Virus record (IMG/VR): IMGVR_UViG_3300042197_003096
From: an uncultured virus (IMG/VR IMGVR_UViG_3300042197_003096)
Taxonomy: Duplodnaviria; Heunggongvirae; Uroviricota; Caudoviricetes
Direction: 5' to 3' (one strand)
DNA length: 20,000 nt
The position numbers and the translations under genes are program-made. Positions 8,062 to 14,895 of this stretch are shown piece after piece. Position 1 is the first letter of the stretch. The number at the start of each line of letters is the position of its first letter. The notes below the pieces were generated by a model. It ran no database searches, was not told where the DNA came from, and worked only from the letters and a program-made list of their open reading frames with translations.

Positions 8062-8340
8062 ATGAAGAATAAAATGTATTTAGTTAGGTATTGCGGAGGC
8101 AGTTATGAAGACTATTATAGTTCTGTTATATTTGCTACCGCAAAAAAATCAACAGCAACAAAATATGTTTCGAAATTTAACAGGATCTTAAAAAAGTGGA
8201 AAAAACACTACTCCCAGTTTGAGTGTGACGAAATGGGATTTAAGTGGATAAAAGAGGAACACATCAAACAACACTTTAATAGATGGAATAGCCTTCGAGA
8301 CATAACGAGGTGTTACTACGAGGAGGTAGAAGTTAGATGA
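8062..8340 (+). CDS. Hypothetical phage protein
   Basis: ATG at 8062 just after the previous stop; MYLVRYCGGSYEDYY...YEEVEV pattern typical of small phage proteins. Confidence 0.72.
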   Translation: MKNKMYLVRYCGGSYEDYYSSVIFATAKKSTATKYVSKFNRILKKWKKHYSQFECDEMGFKWIKEEHIKQHFNRWNSLRDITRCYYEEVEVR

Positions 8341-8591
8341 TTATGAAAATAAAAGCAATCTATATTAAGAACTTAAAAATGAGTGAAGGTAAAATTGCTG
8401 CACAGGTTGCACACGCCGTCAAGAATTTAGGAGTAACCCCTATCGATTGTGATATAATTGTATTAGGTGTTTCCACCACTAAATTCAACGAATTAATAAA
8501 ACAACATGATTGTTATGTCCAAAAAGATAAAGGTTTAACAGAGGTAGAAAGCGGAACAGCAACAGCAGCAGCTTGGATAGAAGTTCAGTAG
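8337..8591 (+). CDS. Peptidyl-tRNA hydrolase Pth2-like, minimal form
   Basis: LKMSEGKIAAQVAHA and DKGLTEVESGTAT match the Pth2 signatures (L.MS.GK.AAQ..HA; DAG.TE...GT.T); only 84 aa. Confidence 0.85.
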   Translation: MIMKIKAIYIKNLKMSEGKIAAQVAHAVKNLGVTPIDCDIIVLGVSTTKFNELIKQHDCYVQKDKGLTEVESGTATAAAWIEVQ

Positions 8592-8637
8592 AATCATTTC
8601 ATGTAAAAAATTTACATCTGACTTTCAATAAAATCCA

Positions 8638-9075
8638 TTACAATTTTTCTACTTCGAAAGAGAATTCTCTTGGCTCGTCTGGATTGAACGTGGATTGAGA
8701 GTATTCAAAATTTGACACTATCAATTCACAAAATTTATTTAGGATTTCTTCTTCTGTTATTTCTAGGTTTGTCTCTTCCAAAAGCCCTCTTATATTAAGC
8801 TTATACTCACAGAGCATTCCTAAATTGTATAAAAATTCTGAGTATTCATAAGAATCGTCCGAGGGAGTCGGAGGATCTTTAAAAATGGAGGTTAAAAAAT
8901 CCCAAAGAATTTCTTCCCAGTCTTCTTCATCCACAGTAAAATATCCCGATTGGTCCCACTCTTGAAAAACGATATTATAAATAAGATCGGTTCTAGATCC
9001 ACCTTTTATGTCTAATGTGAAAACTAATTCCCCTTCTTCGTCATCTGTGAAAAAATCTACCTTGTATTCTGTCAT
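8638..9075 (-). CDS. Hypothetical acidic protein
   Basis: 145 aa, strongly acidic, start overlaps the stop of the upstream minus-strand gene. Confidence 0.75.
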   Translation of the reverse strand: MTEYKVDFFTDDEEGELVFTLDIKGGSRTDLIYNIVFQEWDQSGYFTVDEEDWEEILWDFLTSIFKDPPTPSDDSYEYSEFLYNLGMLCEYKLNIRGLLEETNLEITEEEILNKFCELIVSNFEYSQSTFNPDEPREFSFEVEKL

Positions 9076-9680
9076 TATTTCTTTATTAGATACCCAGAAA
9101 GAATTGCGACTAACTCCGTAATGTCTTCTTTGATGTCTTCTGTCACTTCTATTCGAGTTTTAACCGTGTGAAATTGTAAAAATCCAATTAACTGCCCTGA
9201 AATAGTTCTGATCGGTGCTGTAGAAATTTGTAAAATTCCTTCTTGAGTCACTCTTTCTCTTAAATAATCCAAAACCGGATCGTTAGCATCCACACTAAAA
9301 AAATCATTCTCGCTCAGATGTTTCATTAACGACGGATGCTCTGTTACAAAAACACTTTGATTGTGTTCTTTAACTTTTGAAACCCCCGAAGCAGTTGTCT
9401 CAAACGTCTGTGAGTATTTTTTCATAGGAACGCCATGAAAAAATTTTCCACCGTTATGGAACTGGAAGATCCCTATTCTATCTAGATTCCATTTCTTTCT
9501 GAATTCCTCTAGAAAGTTTTGGATCTCTATCATGTTGTCCACATCCTTTTCTGAAATTCTCTCGTGATCTTCTTCGTCGAAAGCTTTTTTTCTAGTGTCT
9601 AAAAAGTGTTTGAGCCAAACTGAACCTAGTGCCACAGCCAAAGAAAATAAACCGGTAATAATTATTTGTAAAAGCTCCAT
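9075..9680 (-). CDS. Single-TM protein with GAF-like soluble domain; possible T4 T-like holin
   Basis: N-terminal hydrophobic helix (IIITGLFSLAVALGSVWL), then DRIGIFQFHNGG...APIRTISGQLIGFLQF with GAF-like topology. The holin role is an inference from architecture. Confidence 0.5.
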   Translation of the reverse strand: MELLQIIITGLFSLAVALGSVWLKHFLDTRKKAFDEEDHERISEKDVDNMIEIQNFLEEFRKKWNLDRIGIFQFHNGGKFFHGVPMKKYSQTFETTASGVSKVKEHNQSVFVTEHPSLMKHLSENDFFSVDANDPVLDYLRERVTQEGILQISTAPIRTISGQLIGFLQFHTVKTRIEVTEDIKEDITELVAILSGYLIKK

Positions 9681-9706
9681 CTTTGTCTTAGCCCCCTTTT
9701 TTTTAA

Positions 9707-10297
9707 TTAAATTCCGAATCTTCCCATAACTTGAGAACCTTTGATTAGTTTGTCGTCCTTAAGGCTGGGTGGAATAGTTTTAAATTTGGAAACTAAAGTT
9801 GGCTCCTTTTTAAGTTTTCTGATGATGAGGTCCTTGTAAGATTCTGGGCTATAAACTTCTTCTTCTCCGATCGGGGCACCTTCCATTTTCATCACGTATT
9901 TCACTAAGAAATTCATTTTATAAAGATAATCCTCGACAGTCATACAAGATCTTCTAAGGTCCGTGTTCAAACGAGGAAACTCCGAAGATTTTGATGGACC
10001 GGTAACCACTCTGATAGAACCGTTGTGTTGAATATTGTACTGGGGATATCCAGATTTTGGGCTTCTCATGCTCTCGTGTTTGAAAGCAATGTTTCCTAGC
10101 CTATCTTTGAAATATCTTTGTTCTTCTGGACCGCTCTTTTCGATACCAATGGGATTTTCTGCAATCATTTCTGACCATCCCATCCCGTTCATATCTTTGT
10201 AAATTTCAGATTCCCTAATGGGCTGAAAACTTAGAACTGGACATTTTTTGGGTCTTCTAACCTCGGTGACACTTCTAAAATTTTTGTATGATTTCAT
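9707..10297 (-). CDS. Hypothetical protein, putative head-internal protein
   Basis: ATG 10297 (MKSYKNFRSVTE) downstream of AATATATA (10326-10319); C-terminus KGSQVMGRFGI. Confidence 0.75.
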   Translation of the reverse strand: MKSYKNFRSVTEVRRPKKCPVLSFQPIRESEIYKDMNGMGWSEMIAENPIGIEKSGPEEQRYFKDRLGNIAFKHESMRSPKSGYPQYNIQHNGSIRVVTGPSKSSEFPRLNTDLRRSCMTVEDYLYKMNFLVKYVMKMEGAPIGEEEVYSPESYKDLIIRKLKKEPTLVSKFKTIPPSLKDDKLIKGSQVMGRFGI

Positions 10298-10366
10298 ATC
10301 TTTTGGAGTATTTGTCTCTATATATTCAAACACTTCGCGGACTCCCGAGATTTTTATAAATACTGT

Positions 10367-10395
10367 GAAATTTTTCTATTTATTGTCAGTATATG
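10367..10395 (+). promoter_or_regulatory. GAAATTT-N16-TATATG promoter motif variant
   Basis: Same spacing as the other GAAACTT-N16-TATAA copies; points at a mini-ORF/hairpin and terminator. Confidence 0.45.
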
Positions 10396-10397
10396 TG

Positions 10398-10451
10398 ATG
10401 TCATCGCAACAGTTAAATCTTTGGCTGTTGTTCCTTATATTCCCCTTTTAA
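10398..10451 (+). other. Candidate 17-aa hydrophobic peptide MSSQQLNLWLLFLIFPF, or small RNA
   Basis: ATG 2 nt after the -10-like hexamer; stop merges into a terminator; internal hairpin GCAACAGTTA/TGGCTGTTGT. Confidence 0.35.
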
Positions 10452-10477
10452 CCCGATTCTTAGGAATCGGGTTTTTT
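10450..10477 (+). terminator. Intrinsic terminator
   Basis: AACCCGATTC-TTAG-GAATCGGGTT, perfect 10-bp stem followed by TTTT. Confidence 0.85.
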
Positions 10478-10494
10478 GTTTGGAGAATCTTCTA

Positions 10495-10502
10495 TATGTT
10501 TG
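10495..10502 (+). promoter_or_regulatory. Bacteroidota sigma-A -7 element (TAnnTTTG)
   Basis: TATGTTTG followed by CAAC-ATG (10507); TTTG copies at 10475 and 10479. Confidence 0.6.
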
Positions 10503-10506
10503 CAAC

Positions 10507-11040
10507 ATGAAACACATAAATTTTCTGCACATCATAGAAAACCTTTCTGTACCCCGGTCAGTTTTGGATAGGTACGAGAAGTTGAAGGCTCTTAGAGAAA
10601 GGCCGGACTTCCACCCGGAAGAAAGTGCGTTTGAGCACATCAAGATAGTTACCGATCGGCTGATCCAGACAGGAGACCCAGATCTCATTGTTGCTGGTAT
10701 GCTTCACGATCTTTTTAAATGTGATACAGCTCAAATTAATCCTAAAACCGGATATCCAACTTGTCCAGGACATGATGTTGCTGTAGCGAGCTTTATAAGA
10801 CGTGACGAAGAGGTTCAACAGTGGATCTCGTCAATGGGAGCGGATGTTCAAATGGTGGAGAACCTTTGCAAGGACCACATGAGATTCCATCAATTTGGAC
10901 AGATGGGAGGGGTAAAGCAAAAAGAGTTTACGAGTAGGCCACACTGGAAAAAGCTAGAAGTCCTGGGTGCGGCAGATAACATGCTAGAAGATTTTGATTT
11001 AGATCACCTTGAAAAATCATGGAAATGGAAAAGAAAGTGA
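10507..11040 (+). CDS. HD-domain phosphohydrolase (similar to the HD module of CCA-adding/HD-Pnk end-healing enzymes)
   Basis: RPDFHPEESAFEH, AGMLHDLFK, PGHD, HM.FH and AAD motifs; overlaps the RNA ligase start. Confidence 0.8.
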   Translation: MKHINFLHIIENLSVPRSVLDRYEKLKALRERPDFHPEESAFEHIKIVTDRLIQTGDPDLIVAGMLHDLFKCDTAQINPKTGYPTCPGHDVAVASFIRRDEEVQQWISSMGADVQMVENLCKDHMRFHQFGQMGGVKQKEFTSRPHWKKLEVLGAADNMLEDFDLDHLEKSWKWKRK

Positions 11041-12122
11041 AATATGACATTGAAACATTAGAGAGGTACCACAAAGAGGGGCTTTTAGAAAAAAATGAGC
11101 ACCCTTCTTTACCTTTGATTATTTGGAATTATTCCAGGGAATGCCAATACGAGGGCAAGTGGGACGAGATCACCCTTAACATGCGAGGAACGATCACCGA
11201 TAGGGAGGGAAATTTAGTGGCTTCAGCTTTTCAAAAATTCTTCAATTATGAAGAGGTGGCAGACAAAGTGCCAACCACAGGGGACTATGTTTATGTTCAG
11301 GAAAAAATGGATGGATCTCTGGGAATTCTTTTTTGGTACGAAGGGGAATGGCATCTAGCTACCAAAGGCTCTTTCACTTCCGAGCAAGCAAAAAAAGGAA
11401 TGGAGATTCTTAAGAAGAAATATACTCTTGATGCCTTTCCGCATAAACACGTCACATACCTGTGTGAAATAATTTACCCGGATAATCGGATCGTGGTTTG
11501 CTATGAAGGGGAAGAAAAAATCGTATTCATTGGTGCAACCACAGGAGGAGAAGAACTGCACTGGACCACTGCTGAAATGATTTTCAAAGGATCTGGAATT
11601 AAATCAAAAGATATAGTTAAGACCGAGCAGCATTTTCAATTTGATAAATCCCTTTACAAAAGACTGAAAGAACTGAACACCGAAAACTCCGAAGGTTTTG
11701 TCCTGAGGTTCCAACCTGGTAATTTCAGAATGAAAATTAAATTCGAGGAATACATCAGATTGCATTCTTTATTAACCTCTTTTTCTAATCTTGACATTTG
11801 GAGATTTCTAATGAGCGGTAAAGACCCAGAAGAACTTCTGGTCAGAGTCCCCGATGAGTTTGATTTGTGGGTAAAAGAAAACTTAGCTTCTCTAAAACAA
11901 CACTACTCTCTAGTCGAGGACGAAGCCAAAAAAATCTTCGAAACGGTAACCAGGGAAAATCTCTCCAGAAAAGAAATAGCAGAGATACTTAGAAGAACGG
12001 TAAACAAAACTGCAATGGCTATTGTTTTCAGTATGTTGGACGGTAGAGATTATTCCGAAATCATTTGGAGATCAATACGTCCTAAATACCAAAAACCCTT
12101 CTGGCAAAGGAAAGACGATTAA
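11019..12122 (+). CDS. T4 Rnl1-family RNA ligase
   Basis: RG..D..G...A..F.KFFNY, motif I EKMDGSL, ATKGSF, CEII, motif IV EGFVL, motif V MKIKFEEY. Confidence 0.93.
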   Translation: MEMEKKVKYDIETLERYHKEGLLEKNEHPSLPLIIWNYSRECQYEGKWDEITLNMRGTITDREGNLVASAFQKFFNYEEVADKVPTTGDYVYVQEKMDGSLGILFWYEGEWHLATKGSFTSEQAKKGMEILKKKYTLDAFPHKHVTYLCEIIYPDNRIVVCYEGEEKIVFIGATTGGEELHWTTAEMIFKGSGIKSKDIVKTEQHFQFDKSLYKRLKELNTENSEGFVLRFQPGNFRMKIKFEEYIRLHSLLTSFSNLDIWRFLMSGKDPEELLVRVPDEFDLWVKENLASLKQHYSLVEDEAKKIFETVTRENLSRKEIAEILRRTVNKTAMAIVFSMLDGRDYSEIIWRSIRPKYQKPFWQRKDD

Positions 12123-12127
12123 TCTGT

Positions 12128-12155
12128 GTAACTTCTTGGAATTTTGGGATATAAT
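12128..12155 (+). promoter_or_regulatory. GTAACTT-N15-TATAAT promoter motif variant
   Basis: Intergenic, 7 nt before ATG 12163. Confidence 0.5.
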
Positions 12156-12162
12156 ATCTTGA

Positions 12163-13146
12163 ATGTCTCAAAAAGAAATAGAAGAAAAATTCACAGAATT
12201 TCAAGAGTATTTCAATCAAAAGGGATTAACCTCTAATATCTCCAGAAAGTTTCTTGTTCCCTTTAAATCACACGTTGAAGAAAATCCAAGATCCTTTTTA
12301 AAGTTTTGGAATTTTATTAAATCTCTTTGGCCTTTGGATATGAGGGAAAAGATAAACAAGCTCAATAGTGTTAACGAAAAAAGTCCTTTTTTTAAAACAT
12401 TCTTTTTTGTCGCTGATTGGAGTCATTCATATTTAGGTCCGGCAGAAATTCTTTTTCTTCTTGTTGTACAAGATAGTCGTTCAGGAAGGAAAAGATTTCC
12501 AGATCTTGTCTTTGAAAACTCTACGGACAGAATAGAAATCAAATCCTACGAAGGAAATTTTAGGCTGACCGAATCAACTTTCTTCTTTACTGATTTAGGA
12601 ACAATAATTCAAGCACTGGTTCAGGGTGGATTTATGTTAAGCCTCACCGATATTAACAACAACGATCTTAGAAAAGGAATCAGGCAATTCTGCGAAAGTT
12701 TTTTATGTAAAAGAGGATTTATAGAATTGAATTCTAGGATATGGAAACTGGAATCTAAAACGGATGACACTATGGTTTTTAAAATCAGTCCAGAAACGTC
12801 TAGGGAGATAGTTAAATATTCTATAGTTAGAAACTCCCTGAGAAATTGGCTTAGTAGAGGAACTCTCAGTATAAAACTTGGTGAAATAATTGATCCGACT
12901 AGGGTTTCTAGGATCTCAAAAAAAGAATTACAGGATTATGTCAAATGTTTATTAGGAATGGAAGACAGAGCTCCAATTCCTCTTGAACAATATTTCAGTC
13001 TTTGTGAAATAAGTTCTTTGGTCTTATACGAAAAGAAAAATAAAAGAGAGAAATTCCAATTAGTCCTGTTTGATGATCTGAAAAATTTCTCTATAGATAG
13101 GATAGGACAATCTAAAGTTTCTTATAAAAAGAAGATAAGATCTTAA
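12163..13146 (+). CDS. Putative PD-(D/E)xK nuclease-fold protein
   Basis: Helix GPAEIL, then FPDL and IEIKS, spaced like a PD-(D/E)xK core. Confidence 0.55.
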   Translation: MSQKEIEEKFTEFQEYFNQKGLTSNISRKFLVPFKSHVEENPRSFLKFWNFIKSLWPLDMREKINKLNSVNEKSPFFKTFFFVADWSHSYLGPAEILFLLVVQDSRSGRKRFPDLVFENSTDRIEIKSYEGNFRLTESTFFFTDLGTIIQALVQGGFMLSLTDINNNDLRKGIRQFCESFLCKRGFIELNSRIWKLESKTDDTMVFKISPETSREIVKYSIVRNSLRNWLSRGTLSIKLGEIIDPTRVSRISKKELQDYVKCLLGMEDRAPIPLEQYFSLCEISSLVLYEKKNKREKFQLVLFDDLKNFSIDRIGQSKVSYKKKIRS

Positions 13147-13967
13147 CCACCTAATCTTTTCATAAAGGGCATTGCTTTTGAGATCTTAGATTTAATCTCT
13201 TCCATTTCTTTTCTGATTGGCATATCAAAAACCTCTGCTCCTTTTTCCACATGATAAATCACCTCTTTGTTTCCGAGATATGTTGCTATTCTTTTTATGT
13301 CTGGGTCATTTGCCTTTTCTATCAAACTCACGTAAGCCTTCTTAGCTAATTTGGGATCTGCCTGCCTCATCCATTCCACCAAAGCAGCTTCAAAGCTGTA
13401 ATCCCTAACCATTTTACCTTCGCCACCCGTGAAAAGTGTTTGTTGTGTCCACCACTTAAAAAAATCATTTAGGTAATCCTTTCCAAAATCCACCATATCT
13501 AAAACCACTCTGTATGCCTCGGTGAAGGCGGACTGACTTTGTTTTTTGGTGTAATTTTCTGGGATTTTTAAAATAGACCTACTAACTGTTTCTTCTATAC
13601 TCTTTTCTGAATCTGGTTCTTTTATTATAACCCCTAGATCTATCATTTTAAGAGTTACACCAAAGCTTTCCTGAAATTTTTTAAGTTCTTTTTTAATGGA
13701 GCCGTAACTTTGGTTTGAAGTGAAGGTGATGTACATTATTCTATCATTTGCTATTTTAGCAGTGTTTACGTCTATAAAATGGGTGTTAAATCTATTATAA
13801 ATGTAAGACGAAGTTAGCCAATCAAACATCTCCATGATTTCCCTTCCACCTTTAGGTGTGGTTTGGTTTGCTTCAAAAGCAAAATAATTTGGGAACGTTG
13901 AGATTCTTGAGGAAGAGTCTTTAAATTTTTCCCAGGTACTGATTTTCTTTTTCTTCCTTTTTTTCAC
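13143..13967 (-). CDS. Hypothetical protein, putative head-internal protein
   Basis: Long ORF; probable GTG start at 13967 just downstream of GATATATA (13980-13973); C-terminus KAMPFMKRLGG. Confidence 0.75.
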   Translation of the reverse strand: MKKRKKKKISTWEKFKDSSSRISTFPNYFAFEANQTTPKGGREIMEMFDWLTSSYIYNRFNTHFIDVNTAKIANDRIMYITFTSNQSYGSIKKELKKFQESFGVTLKMIDLGVIIKEPDSEKSIEETVSRSILKIPENYTKKQSQSAFTEAYRVVLDMVDFGKDYLNDFFKWWTQQTLFTGGEGKMVRDYSFEAALVEWMRQADPKLAKKAYVSLIEKANDPDIKRIATYLGNKEVIYHVEKGAEVFDMPIRKEMEEIKSKISKAMPFMKRLGG

Positions 13968-13987
13968 ATCTTTATATATCAAAACGA

Positions 13988-14016
13988 GAAACTTATACCT
14001 CCTTTCTTGGTATAAA
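13988..14016 (+). promoter_or_regulatory. GAAACTT-N16-TATAAA promoter motif
   Basis: GAAACTT 13988-13994, TATAAA 14011-14016, upstream of ATG 14044; back-to-back with a GATATATA motif on the minus strand. Confidence 0.65.
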
Positions 14017-14043
14017 TTAAGTACATAAACAATTTAATTTATT

Positions 14044-14268
14044 ATGAGTAACAAGACCAAAGCAAAAAGACCTTCAACGAGTAAGGCAAAAAACACGAAT
14101 CGAGTGGTTATTCCTGTAATCCAGATGACTCCTCGCGGACGTCGTATTAAGAAGTTTACTTCTATGCACGCAGCTGCGAATCACACTGGAGTGAATTCCG
14201 GATCAATTTCACAAGTTGTGAGAGGAATTCGTCAAACTGCAGGGGGTTTCCGTTGGGCTACTGCCTAA
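14044..14268 (+). CDS. Stand-alone NUMOD1-type helix-turn-helix DNA-binding protein
   Basis: VIQMTPRGRRIKKFTSMHAAANHTGVNSGSISQVVRGIRQTAGGFRW matches the NUMOD1 pattern; basic N-terminal tail; no acidic residues. Confidence 0.85.
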   Translation: MSNKTKAKRPSTSKAKNTNRVVIPVIQMTPRGRRIKKFTSMHAAANHTGVNSGSISQVVRGIRQTAGGFRWATA

Positions 14269-14297
14269 TTTGGACTATTTGATTGATTGATTGAACG

Positions 14298-14327
14298 AAA
14301 AGTCCCAGAGAAATCTGGGACTTTTTT
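14298..14327 (+). terminator. Intrinsic terminator
   Basis: AAAAGTCCCAGA-GAAA-TCTGGGACTTTT plus T-run; GNRA loop. Confidence 0.9.
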
Positions 14328-14390
14328 GTGGGAAACGGTTTTTTTGTTGGTGGATAATTCTATAATTTTACCTTAACAAACAAAAAGGAT

Positions 14391-14894
14391 ATGAAAAAGC
14401 TGATCACAATCTTCACCCTGGCACTCTTAAACGGACAAGGATTTTCTCAGGATTTTTATAAACAATATGCCACAGAAAAGGCTTTGGTTATTGTAACCCC
14501 GGGGACAGAACACGAAGATTTTATTGACGGGTTTGACGAAAATGGAGAGCCCGTTTACAAACAAAAAGAAGTTCCTTCTTTTAACTACGGAATCAGCCCA
14601 GTCTTACTGGACTCTGTTACTTTTTATTCAGTTAGAGACTCTTTCTTAAGGGATCAAAATTTTGTTTTCTCTGAACTAAGAATTGTTGACTTCGACGACG
14701 TTTATTGCTACGAGTGTGATTCCACCCTTAATCCAGATTATGAACACGAGTTCATTAGTTATCGCTACCTTTTTGGAGAGGTTTCTGATGAATCGTCTGT
14801 AAAGAATGAAAAATTCGTTTACTATTTTGTCGGAAAAACCGCGGAGGGTGTTTATTGTCTTCACTCTCTGATGGGAACCAAAAGGGAATTCTAA
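14391..14894 (+). CDS. Secreted/periplasmic hypothetical protein
   Basis: Sec-type signal peptide MKKLITIFTLALLNGQGFS|Q, with Gln at +1 as in Bacteroidota exported proteins. Confidence 0.75.
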   Translation: MKKLITIFTLALLNGQGFSQDFYKQYATEKALVIVTPGTEHEDFIDGFDENGEPVYKQKEVPSFNYGISPVLLDSVTFYSVRDSFLRDQNFVFSELRIVDFDDVYCYECDSTLNPDYEHEFISYRYLFGEVSDESSVKNEKFVYYFVGKTAEGVYCLHSLMGTKREF

Positions 14895-14895
14895 G

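Noticed and set aside
8601..8617. ATGTAAA/TTTACAT hairpin between convergent genes
   Set aside because: AT-rich weak stem without a clear U-tract; not called as a terminator.
10355..10362. Exact T4 late promoter TATAAATA
   Set aside because: Single occurrence in AT-rich DNA; the recurrent motif here is (G/A)ATATATA.
14279..14294. (TTGA)x4 microsatellite before the terminator
   Set aside because: Short, intergenic, no evident function.
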